This document shows positions 6,908-14,887 of a stretch of 17,639 bases of DNA, one piece after another. How positions within the stretch are numbered: the first letter of the stretch is position 1; the number at the start of each line of letters is the position of its first letter. Where the stretch lies: NCBI GenBank assembly GCA_038245785.1, contig JBBRSB010000046.1, positions 1-17,639 of the forward strand. Reading direction: 5' to 3'. Both the position numbers and the translations under genes were made by a program. This stretch comes from Gloeobacterales cyanobacterium. GTDB taxonomy: Bacteria > Cyanobacteriota > Cyanobacteriia > Gloeobacterales > PMM-0068. The notes beneath the pieces are model-generated. The model did no database searches and was not told the DNA's origin. It saw nothing but the letters and a program-made list of their open reading frames with translations.

Positions 6908-9625
6908 TTAGAACGTACGGTCGGCAGATGTGCCCAATCTAAAGAAAGTGACAGTACCTACAGGTATATTGCCCAGCGGAGACTTGTAATAAGTCATGCG
7001 GTCATCATAGTTAACCTGCATACCTGTACCGTCTGTATTAGCGTCATTACTGGCTTTATCTTTTCCATAGTCCAAGCCGTTGCAATAGTTATTAGGTTTG
7101 CCTGCCAATGTGGCAAATGCAGTTGAGCAATTGGCCGGAGCAGTTTTACCATTTTTAGAGCTTTCTACGGCGGTGGCTAGGATACCGAATTCCTTAGTTA
7201 CAAATCCACCATTAGCCATTAAGTTAGTACCTCGGACGACCCCTGCAATACGTCGATTGGCATAAACATAGCTATCTATACGCTCTACTTGATTGGCCAG
7301 TCTGGCATTGACTTTGTCGTAGGATGAGGTACTGTTTGGGTCTCCATAGTCATACAACACACCGGGCACATGTTGGTTTTCTGTAGTGTAGGTAGCAGGA
7401 GGGTTATTGGTGGTAGTGGTAGATGACGTCTTTGTCGCTACTAACTTTCCTTTTGAAAGTTTGTATGTAGTAGTTTCTGTAACAGTGGTGATAGCGCTAG
7501 TCTCACTAACATTAACAGCAAGACCAGCTTGTGATGTTACTTTTGTTGTTTTTGTAGTTGCTGTTACTTTCGTATCTACTTGACTGGTTGTGCTTGGAGC
7601 ACCAACAGTGCTAGTGGTAACAACTGGTGCAGAGGTAGTGGTAGTTGTTACAGGAGTAGTTTTGTCATCTGCGGAGTCAGCAGAGACAGTGTTACTTGCA
7701 TCAATAAAACTACTACCCCCGCGCACCGTAACTTTATCGGTCTGGTCTTGGACTCCAAGGATATTCCGGAATTCTTTGTCTGTAAGAGACTTTTTAAAAG
7801 TTCCGTCACTTGCTACGCTACCAGGCTTGATAATGTAGTCATAGGCCGATACAGAATCTTTGGTAACTACATCAGAGCCGTAAACAGTAGCTCCCGTTAT
7901 TGATTTATAGTCACATGCTGTTCCTACTGCCTGCACTGGTGGTCCAGGTAGAGCAACTGTATTTTTAACACACGTTAATTCTTCGCCAGATCCTTTCTTA
8001 AAGTACCGGGGAGCTGGGATTATACCAAAATTTGTGTTCCCATCTAGTCCAAACTGCTGTCTAATAAAAGTTTCAGGTTGGCGAAATGCATTATCCAGGC
8101 CATTGCTAGCACTAAGAGCATCTGTATAGCTAGCCGCATCATTCTGGTTCGTATAATCTCCAACGACAGCATTACCAGCAGCGAAGATCCTTAGTGAGTC
8201 TTTACTGGTTAACTCTTCTCGCGCCTTAGAATCTTTAGCAGCAGAGGTAGTCAAGTCATTATAGTTGCCTCTTCCAGACGTGCCAGGAGCATTTTTATAG
8301 AGCACTTCTCCAGCGACATATACATTCCGACTTGCAGTTATATTCCCATTCCCACTGACATAGCCCTTGATAATGACGTCTCCATTGAAGTAGAAATTAT
8401 CAGGCAGGACGATTGGGTCACCTTTAGTTCCCACGAGAATTAAAGTACCCGCTTTATCTGAGTCTGAAAGAGTTGTTTTTTGTTGTAAATCACTACCATA
8501 AGTACCATTAGGAGGAATTACATACATGCCTCCTTTCAAACCAGACGTCGTGAGGTCTGCCTGCGCATATTTATCTGGCTTGTCATAACCACCAGCGCTC
8601 ACCGTGACGCTCTTGCCTGCACTATCTCCCTGTGCCTTGGCTAAATCTACGGGGGGGATATCATTATTAATTCCATCGCCATCCAGGTCTCCCGCTGTTT
8701 TTACTGGATTGAATTTATCTCCATCATATTTCTCTTGGACGTTAGGAGTTCCACCATCGGGGTCAGTGATAGCGACTCCATTTAAATTCGCTAGCTTTGT
8801 GTTGGGTTGCGTATTATTGGTGCTGGTATCGTCGGTAAAACGCTGTAGACCAAGCATACTGCCTGCGATTCTGGTATCACCCCTCGCAGCATTTGTGCCT
8901 CTTTTTACTCCATCCCCGACACAACCATTGGCAGCCCCAGCTCTCTCGTCATAACCTACGTCGGTACAACTACTCTTGGCGTCCCAACCTGGTCGCACAT
9001 GGGAGAGGGCTCCTGTATCACCATTGATCTGTACATGACAAAAAGCACAGTTGATATTACGGGTCAAAATAGCAAATAGCGGTGCTCCTGTTCCAGATGT
9101 AGCAGCAAATCCTTTTACAACCGTTTGTTCACTACCATCTGGTAAGACGGCTGTCGCTTTTATAGTAAAAGTACCGGCTGGATTGGAAGCGTATACCCTT
9201 GACCGGACTACTACGTTTCCTCCACCTCTAGAGCTGTAGATATTAGCAAATCGATTGTCTAAGCTAATGAGATTTGCTGTATTTGTCTTAACGTCTGCAG
9301 TAGTGGCAGTTAACCCAGCATCAGTACCCGCACCATTATCAAGCGAAGTAACTGTACGTGTTCCAGACGTAATTAGATTTACCCACGCCGTGGTGGATTG
9401 GCCAGAGGTTCTTTGGTCTTTAAGATATTCATTACGAACATACTCAGCTGCACTATCAGCGGTTTGAAAAGCTGCCGTGACTCCTCTTTCTTGAACTGTT
9501 CGGTTTGAAAGTTGGCTAGAGACTAAAAAAGTAGAAGCACCGATCGCCGCTAAGATAACCCCTAAAAGGATAACGGTAAAAAGCGTTGCTCCGCGTTCTG
9601 AACGATTTTTATGCTTTCCCTTCAT
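6908..9625 (-). CDS. Large PilX/GspK-like pilin-anchored protein (putative pilus tip protein/adhesin)
   Basis: RSERG|ATLFTVILLG class III signal lacking E5, as in PilX/GspK. AAFQTADSAAEY fits the PilX N-terminal pattern. Long Gly/Thr/Asp/Asn-rich extracellular body; first gene of the minor pilin operon. Confidence 0.75.
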   Translation of the reverse strand: MKGKHKNRSERGATLFTVILLGVILAAIGASTFLVSSQLSNRTVQERGVTAAFQTADSAAEYVRNEYLKDQRTSGQSTTAWVNLITSGTRTVTSLDNGAGTDAGLTATTADVKTNTANLISLDNRFANIYSSRGGGNVVVRSRVYASNPAGTFTIKATAVLPDGSEQTVVKGFAATSGTGAPLFAILTRNINCAFCHVQINGDTGALSHVRPGWDAKSSCTDVGYDERAGAANGCVGDGVKRGTNAARGDTRIAGSMLGLQRFTDDTSTNNTQPNTKLANLNGVAITDPDGGTPNVQEKYDGDKFNPVKTAGDLDGDGINNDIPPVDLAKAQGDSAGKSVTVSAGGYDKPDKYAQADLTTSGLKGGMYVIPPNGTYGSDLQQKTTLSDSDKAGTLILVGTKGDPIVLPDNFYFNGDVIIKGYVSGNGNITASRNVYVAGEVLYKNAPGTSGRGNYNDLTTSAAKDSKAREELTSKDSLRIFAAGNAVVGDYTNQNDAASYTDALSASNGLDNAFRQPETFIRQQFGLDGNTNFGIIPAPRYFKKGSGEELTCVKNTVALPGPPVQAVGTACDYKSITGATVYGSDVVTKDSVSAYDYIIKPGSVASDGTFKKSLTDKEFRNILGVQDQTDKVTVRGGSSFIDASNTVSADSADDKTTPVTTTTTSAPVVTTSTVGAPSTTSQVDTKVTATTKTTKVTSQAGLAVNVSETSAITTVTETTTYKLSKGKLVATKTSSTTTTNNPPATYTTENQHVPGVLYDYGDPNSTSSYDKVNARLANQVERIDSYVYANRRIAGVVRGTNLMANGGFVTKEFGILATAVESSKNGKTAPANCSTAFATLAGKPNNYCNGLDYGKDKASNDANTDGTGMQVNYDDRMTYYKSPLGNIPVGTVTFFRLGTSADRTF

Positions 9626-9984
9626 AGATTCACGTATACTCCCTTTTAAAGGCTGGTCTAACCTCTACACACTAAAGTGCCCATCTAAGTTGTTATTTCT
9701 CTACATCAGCTTTAAAGAACCAAAATTTACTCTATTTCACTGATGGGGTTGGTACACTTAGGGACAGTTCAAACTGTACAGTGAGCTATACAGTAAGCTT
9801 CTAGAGTCAGAGTTACTGTGAGTATAGAGTTTCTTAACAAATCTTTTATAAAGCAATGATGAAGCACTTATAAAGTTTGACTAAAATCTGCTTATAGGGC
9901 AATTCAATTGACTTTTGTTCTTCTCAGTATACGCACACATTTCTAATAGCTATATAACGCGTAAGTTCAGCGGTTTTCTTAAGC

Positions 9985-10023
9985 AAAAGGGAGTAGATAT
10001 GACTATTTCATAATCTACTCCCT
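9985..10023 (-). terminator. Intrinsic terminator after ndk
   Basis: AGGGAGTAGAT...ATCTACTCCCT inverted repeat (9988-10023) followed by a T-run on the minus strand. Confidence 0.75.
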
Positions 10024-10061
10024 ATAAGATATTCAAGCTAAACTCAAATATGGGCTGGAGT

Positions 10062-10514
10062 TTATTCGTAAATCCAAGTTGAAATAGTTGGTGTCCACTC
10101 CGTTAGCTCTTCGGGCTTAAACCAAAGTGCAATTTCTCGCTCCGCAGATGCTGGACTATCAGATCCATGAATAATATTACGGCCAATATCTACGCCGTAG
10201 TCTCCACGAATAGTGCCAATGGCCGAATCACTAGGCTTCGTCGCGCCAATAATCTTACGAGCAGTTACGACTACGTCGTTACCTTCCAGCACAAAAGCAA
10301 CTACAGGACCGGAAGTAATAAAGTTAACGAGGCCATCAAAGAAGGGCTTCCCTTTGTGCTCACCATAGTGCGTCTGAGCCAGTTCATTACTTACCTGCAT
10401 CAGTTTGAGCCCTACGAGTTTGTAGCCCTTCTCCTCAAATTTTTTGAGAATGTTCCCGACCAATCCTCGTTGTACACCATCGGGCTTTACAGCAATAAAT
10501 GTCCGTTCCATCAT
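10062..10514 (-). CDS. ndk: Nucleoside diphosphate kinase
   Basis: [22 protein letters not shown] and NIIHGSDS (catalytic His). Start at 10514 or 10511 (ATG ATG). Confidence 0.98.
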   Translation of the reverse strand: MMERTFIAVKPDGVQRGLVGNILKKFEEKGYKLVGLKLMQVSNELAQTHYGEHKGKPFFDGLVNFITSGPVVAFVLEGNDVVVTARKIIGATKPSDSAIGTIRGDYGVDIGRNIIHGSDSPASAEREIALWFKPEELTEWTPTISTWIYE

Positions 10515-10546
10515 GGTTCCCTTGTCTACCTGTATAACTTTACACG

Positions 10547-11410
10547 TTAAACACTACGCAAAAGTTGTTGAATCATTCGTTCCGCCTGGGATGCATAACC
10601 ACCACCGAACAAGTTGAAGTGGTTTAAGACATGGTAAAGGTTATATAAATTTTTACGTTGGGTATAGCCTCTATCCAGTGGGAATATTTGGTCATAGGCC
10701 CGATAGAATTCACCAGGGAAACCACCAAATAATTCTGTCATCGCTATATCCACTTCACGATCACCAAAATATACCGCTGGATCAAAAATAATCGGTTCTC
10801 CTGAGGTCATACTGCCAATATTTCCCGACCATAAGTCTCCATGAACTAAAGAAGATTGGGGTTGATAGTCTTTAAAAAATCTAGGGATAGCCTCTAGCAA
10901 TATTTCAAAGCCCTTGGAATAGAACCCTTTTTTCTGAGCGCATTCTATCTGGTATCGCAAACGACACTCTGCAAAGAACGAAGGCCAATCTTGATTCCAG
11001 GTATTGATCTGGGGTGTAGAACCAATCGTATTTTCTCGGCCCCAGCCAAATCCTGAGGGATGACTCATCCGATGCATCATAGCTAGCTGTTGGCCCAAGG
11101 CTGCCCAGTTTTGGTTGCGATTGAGGTCTATCCATTCCAAAACAATATAGGCCCCTGAGGAATCTGTTCCCCAACAAATAGGATGAGGAACTCGAATGGC
11201 TCTAGCCTCCTCAATTTGCAATAACCCTAAGGCTTCTGCCTCAAACATAGAGACTTTGGAACTATCATTGCGTTTAACAAAAAAAGAACGACCTGTCCCA
11301 GTAATTATCCATGCTTGATTGATGCAACCTCCACTCACAGAGCGCTGAGCTTCTATGATGAATGACTGTCCTGTAGCTTGCGCGATATGTTTCTGAATAG
11401 ATTGCCACAT
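10547..11410 (-). CDS. Fructosamine/ketosamine 3-kinase family protein
   Basis: [54 protein letters not shown] and [11 protein letters not shown]. Confidence 0.93.
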   Translation of the reverse strand: MWQSIQKHIAQATGQSFIIEAQRSVSGGCINQAWIITGTGRSFFVKRNDSSKVSMFEAEALGLLQIEEARAIRVPHPICWGTDSSGAYIVLEWIDLNRNQNWAALGQQLAMMHRMSHPSGFGWGRENTIGSTPQINTWNQDWPSFFAECRLRYQIECAQKKGFYSKGFEILLEAIPRFFKDYQPQSSLVHGDLWSGNIGSMTSGEPIIFDPAVYFGDREVDIAMTELFGGFPGEFYRAYDQIFPLDRGYTQRKNLYNLYHVLNHFNLFGGGYASQAERMIQQLLRSV

Positions 11411-11425
11411 AATTCAGCTCATAGT

Positions 11426-11902
11426 TTAGGATCGCTTCGTAGTGACTGTTTTTAGAAGTCCATCACAGGCATCTAGTAATAAGTTAATAACGTAATCAAA
11501 ACCATCTGCTCCGCCGTAGTAAGGATCTGGGACTTCCATATCAGGATATTGCTGGCAAAACTCACACATCATCTTGACTTTATGAGCATATTTCTTCTCC
11601 GGGTCTAAATCTAGAATATCCTCATAGTTTTCTTGATCCATAGCCAAAATCAAATCAAATTTTTCAAAATCGCTCGTAGTGAACTGACGCGCTTGGCCAA
11701 CCAGAACAATTCCTCTGCGTTGAGCGGCAGCTGTCATTCTCCGGTCAGGTGGTTTGCCAATGTGGTAACCGGCCGTTCCAGCCGAATCACAGACAACCTG
11801 CGCCTGAAATCCATGCTCTTGAATTAAATGATTCATGATATTTTCAGCGGATGGCGAACGGCAGATATTCCCTAAGCAGACAAATAGAAGTTTTTTTGCC
11901 AT
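11426..11902 (-). CDS. Low molecular weight protein-tyrosine phosphatase
   Basis: P-loop VCLGNICRSP, DSAGT and DPYYG. Start probably ATG 11902 (MAKKLLF). Confidence 0.95.
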   Translation of the reverse strand: MAKKLLFVCLGNICRSPSAENIMNHLIQEHGFQAQVVCDSAGTAGYHIGKPPDRRMTAAAQRRGIVLVGQARQFTTSDFEKFDLILAMDQENYEDILDLDPEKKYAHKVKMMCEFCQQYPDMEVPDPYYGGADGFDYVINLLLDACDGLLKTVTTKRS

Positions 11903-11947
11903 AAGTGGATGTCTCAAGTACAAACTAGATTATTTTATTTAGACCAC

Positions 11948-11976
11948 GAAAAAGAGGGCTTTGAGCCCCCTTTTTC
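11948..11976 (-). terminator. Intrinsic terminator after atpA
   Basis: Minus strand reads GAAAAAGGGGGCT-CAA-AGCCCTCTTTTTC, about 20 nt after the atpA stop. Confidence 0.8.
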
Positions 11977-11997
11977 TCAGAAGTTTCAATCACTACC

Positions 11998-13515
11998 CTA
12001 AGCAGCTTTGAAACCTTTCTTGAAGTCATTGAGCGCTTTTTCCAAGATCTTAGGAGCATCGGTACCCTTGAGATCTTGACCCGCTTCCACAATCTCTACA
12101 TAGCCCTTGGCATTCTGGTTGATGTACTGCAGAAACTCTTTCTTGAATTGAGTAACATGCTTTACTTCAACATCATCAAGGAAGCCATTGCTCGCAGCGT
12201 AGATAATCGCTACTTGCTCATAAACTTTTAGGGGAGAATATTGAGGCTGCTTGAGGATCTCTTGCAAGCGCTGACCACGGGCTAGTTGAGCTTGGGTTGC
12301 TTTATCCAAGTCAGAAGCGAACTGAGAGAAAGCTTGCAGTTCGTTGTACTGAGCCAGTTCCAAACGCAGCTGACCGGCAACCCGCTTCATCGCCTTGGTT
12401 TGTGCCGCTCCACCGACCCGAGATACGGAAATACCGGCGTTGATGGCCGGACGAATTCCAGAGTTAAACAAGTCAGCTTCTAGGAAGATTTGACCATCAG
12501 TAATCGATATAACATTGGTTGGGATGTAGGCTGATACGTCACCAGCCTGCGTTTCAATAATCGGCAGCGCAGTCATCGAACCACCACCTAAGGCATCACT
12601 TAGTTTGGCAGCCCGCTCCAAAAGACGAGAGTGAAGATAGAAGACGTCTCCAGGATAAGCTTCACGACCGGGAGGACGACGGAGGAGCAAGGACATTTGG
12701 CGATAGGCCACTGCTTGCTTAGAAAGGTCATCATAAACAATCAGTACGGGTTTGCCTTCATACATGAAGTGCTCACCGATCGTAGCGCCTGTGTACGGAG
12801 CGAAAAACTGCAGGGCTGCAGGGTCAGAAGCATTGGCAGCAACCATGATCGTGTATTCCATCGCACCACGATCTTCTAGGACAGAGCGGATCTGTGCCAC
12901 CGTAGAAGCTTTCTGACCAACGGCTACATAGATACAGATAACACCGGTGCCTTTCTGGTTGAGGATGGTATCAACAGCAACGGTTGTTTTACCGGTTTGA
13001 CGGTCTCCAATAATCAATTCCCGCTGGCCCCGTCCGACAGGAATCATGGCGTCAATAGCGGTAATTCCGGTTTGCATCGGCTCACACACGGACTTGCGGC
13101 TGATGATCCCAGGAGCCATCGACTCTAAAAGTCTGGTCTTTGAGGTACGAACCTCACCTTTGCCGTCGATGGGACGTCCGATTCCGTCTACCACCCGACC
13201 AATCATTTCATCGCCTACAGGTACTTCCGCAACCTTGCCTGTGGCTCTAACGGTAGAACCTTCTTGAATCTTGAAACCTGTACCCAGAAGTACAACGCCG
13301 ACGTTATCTTCTTCCAGGTTGAGCGCAACCCCTAGGGTGCCATCTTCGAATTCTAGCAATTCTTGAGCCATGGCCTTTTCTAGACCGTAAACCCGCGCAA
13401 TCCCGTCCCCGACCTGGAGTACGGTTCCGACATTGGATACCTGTAGCTCCTGGTTATAACCGGCAATTTGTTGCTTGATAATGCTGCTGATTTCATCCGG
13501 ACGGATGCTAACCAT
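11998..13515 (-). CDS. atpA: F1 ATP synthase subunit alpha
   Basis: [13 protein letters not shown] start, Walker [44 protein letters not shown]. Confidence 0.99.
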   Translation of the reverse strand: MVSIRPDEISSIIKQQIAGYNQELQVSNVGTVLQVGDGIARVYGLEKAMAQELLEFEDGTLGVALNLEEDNVGVVLLGTGFKIQEGSTVRATGKVAEVPVGDEMIGRVVDGIGRPIDGKGEVRTSKTRLLESMAPGIISRKSVCEPMQTGITAIDAMIPVGRGQRELIIGDRQTGKTTVAVDTILNQKGTGVICIYVAVGQKASTVAQIRSVLEDRGAMEYTIMVAANASDPAALQFFAPYTGATIGEHFMYEGKPVLIVYDDLSKQAVAYRQMSLLLRRPPGREAYPGDVFYLHSRLLERAAKLSDALGGGSMTALPIIETQAGDVSAYIPTNVISITDGQIFLEADLFNSGIRPAINAGISVSRVGGAAQTKAMKRVAGQLRLELAQYNELQAFSQFASDLDKATQAQLARGQRLQEILKQPQYSPLKVYEQVAIIYAASNGFLDDVEVKHVTQFKKEFLQYINQNAKGYVEIVEAGQDLKGTDAPKILEKALNDFKKGFKAA

Positions 13516-13627
13516 GGGTGTTCTCCTTAACTGCGTACCATTCCTGAATCCCGTAACAATTCTAAGGGTTGCAGGGTCGTTTTCTTACAATATATTGCAG
13601 AGTTGTGAAATGTCCGATACTGGAATC

Positions 13628-13975
13628 ATGCGCCGCCTCGATTTTTTTACGATTACCCTAGGTCTTCTGCTAATCGGCCCTCTCTTCTATGGAGGAGCCA
13701 TTGCTTTGGGTGTCAAGGCTCAAACAGCGGGCGTATGGGCCTCTACTTTCTTTGTCGTAATTATCATTGGCTGGATTCTCACCTACGTCTTCCGCGTCCT
13801 GACCACTAACATGACCTTCAACCAGCAAATTCAGCTGATGCGCGGCAGTACAGAACTTTACCGCGAATACTTAGTGGACAAAGGCGTAGACCCCGATAGC
13901 AAGAAAGCAGAAGATCCAGTGATTAAGGCTGGTTTTGGAGATTGGTTAGAAGCTCGTGGCAAAAGTAATTCCTAA
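13628..13975 (+). CDS. DUF3007-like cyanobacterial membrane protein
   Basis: Start corrected to ATG 13628. MRRLD...AGVWAS...GWILTYVFRVLTTNMTFNQQ matches the DUF3007 pattern as I recall it; two hydrophobic helices. Confidence 0.75.
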   Translation: MRRLDFFTITLGLLLIGPLFYGGAIALGVKAQTAGVWASTFFVVIIIGWILTYVFRVLTTNMTFNQQIQLMRGSTELYREYLVDKGVDPDSKKAEDPVIKAGFGDWLEARGKSNS

Positions 13976-13989
13976 AATACTCAAGTCCT

Positions 13990-14011
13990 CGCAGGCAATC
14001 ATCTGCGTTTT
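13990..14011 (+). terminator. Possible weak terminator after the DUF3007-like gene
   Basis: CGCAGG-CAATCA-TCTGCG followed by TTTT. Confidence 0.35.
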
Positions 14012-14080
14012 AATTCTTTGAGAGGCACAAACATTTTCCACAATTTGTATCCTGGAAGTAAGGCAAGAAGGAGAGAGGCG

Positions 14081-14311
14081 ATGACCATAACGGTTAAGGC
14101 AATTTATGAACATGGGATTCTCCGGCCAATAGAACCCATTTCTTTAGTCGAGGGAACTCGTGTTGAAGTGACTGTCATAGTTCCTGCATCTGAGCCTGTA
14201 GAAAAGACACCTGCAGAGATTCCTGCTGCGATCGCCGCTATGCCTATAGAAGGTAGCGAAGAAAAATTCTCGGCTCAAGACCACGACCGTGTTCTCTATA
14301 CTCAGCCATAA
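14081..14311 (+). CDS. Antitoxin, AF2212/DUF104-like
   Basis: Start at ATG 14081 after AGGAGAGAGG. VKAIYEHGILRPIEPISLVEGTRVEV is the DUF104 signature; lies 5 nt upstream of a PIN gene. Confidence 0.85.
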   Translation: MTITVKAIYEHGILRPIEPISLVEGTRVEVTVIVPASEPVEKTPAEIPAAIAAMPIEGSEEKFSAQDHDRVLYTQP

Positions 14312-14316
14312 AAGTA

Positions 14317-14712
14317 ATGATCTTCGTGGATACGGGTGCTTGGTTCGCTAGTGTAGTGCCTTCAGACTCCGATCACCGTGCAGCCTCTTCATGGATGCGC
14401 CAAAATACCCAGCCGTTATTGACTACAGACTACGTGGTAGATGAAACACCCACACTACTGAGAATGCGCAAGGAAGTGCAGAGAGCCATTGTTCTGGGGG
14501 AAGCATTCTTTTCCGGTAAGCTGGCTACTCTTTACTATCTGACAGAGGAAGATACCCAACAGACATGGCAAGTATTTCGTCAGTTTTCAGACAAAAACTG
14601 GAGTTTCACAGACTGTTCAAGCAAAGTTATTATCGAAAGGCATAAGCTGACTCAGGCATTCGCTTTTGATCATCACTTCCGACAGTTTGGCTCTGTTAGC
14701 GTTGTCCCTTGA
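14317..14712 (+). CDS. vapC: VapC-type PIN domain toxin
   Basis: IFVDTGAW, YVVDET, SFTDCSS and AFAFDHHF: the acidic PIN active-site residues are present. Confidence 0.9.
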   Translation: MIFVDTGAWFASVVPSDSDHRAASSWMRQNTQPLLTTDYVVDETPTLLRMRKEVQRAIVLGEAFFSGKLATLYYLTEEDTQQTWQVFRQFSDKNWSFTDCSSKVIIERHKLTQAFAFDHHFRQFGSVSVVP

Positions 14713-14798
14713 AGGTCATTGATGATTGCACCTTAGAGGACGAAATCATACGAAGATTATTGCAATCTTCACAGGAATTCAAATTCGGTCGAAATTTC

Positions 14799-14807
14799 TG
14801 GTAACCT
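14799..14807 (+). promoter_or_regulatory. Possible extended -10 promoter for rplA
   Basis: TG-G-TAACCT just upstream of the structured rplA leader. Confidence 0.35.
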
Positions 14808-14820
14808 AGGAAAGCCGATT

Positions 14821-14879
14821 TTTTGTGGGAGAGCTTTACGTCTTATTTTCTAGATAAAGAAGCTCGCTAGACCACGAAA
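14821..14879 (+). promoter_or_regulatory. L1-binding autoregulatory leader (rRNA mimic) upstream of rplA
   Basis: TTTTGTGG/CCACGAAA outer stem, asymmetric internal loop GA / GCTAGA, and inner stem GAGCTT/AAGCTC, ending at the RBS. This is the GTGGGAG...GACCAC architecture seen upstream of rplA. Confidence 0.7.
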
Positions 14880-14887
14880 GGAAACTC

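Noticed and set aside
8877..8885. RGD tripeptide (AARGDT) in the PilX-like protein
   Set aside because: Expected by chance in 905 aa, and there is no evidence of an integrin-bearing host.
7580..9467. Several plus-strand ORFs antisense to the PilX-like gene
   Set aside because: Shadow frames of a low-complexity coding strand, with no motifs or RBS support.
13475..13627. 51-aa N-terminal extension of the DUF3007-like ORF overlapping atpA
   Set aside because: It overlaps the atpA start and promoter region; family similarity starts at MRRLD (13628).
14018..14080. TTG-started extension of the antitoxin
   Set aside because: A strong RBS precedes ATG 14081, where the DUF104 motif begins.
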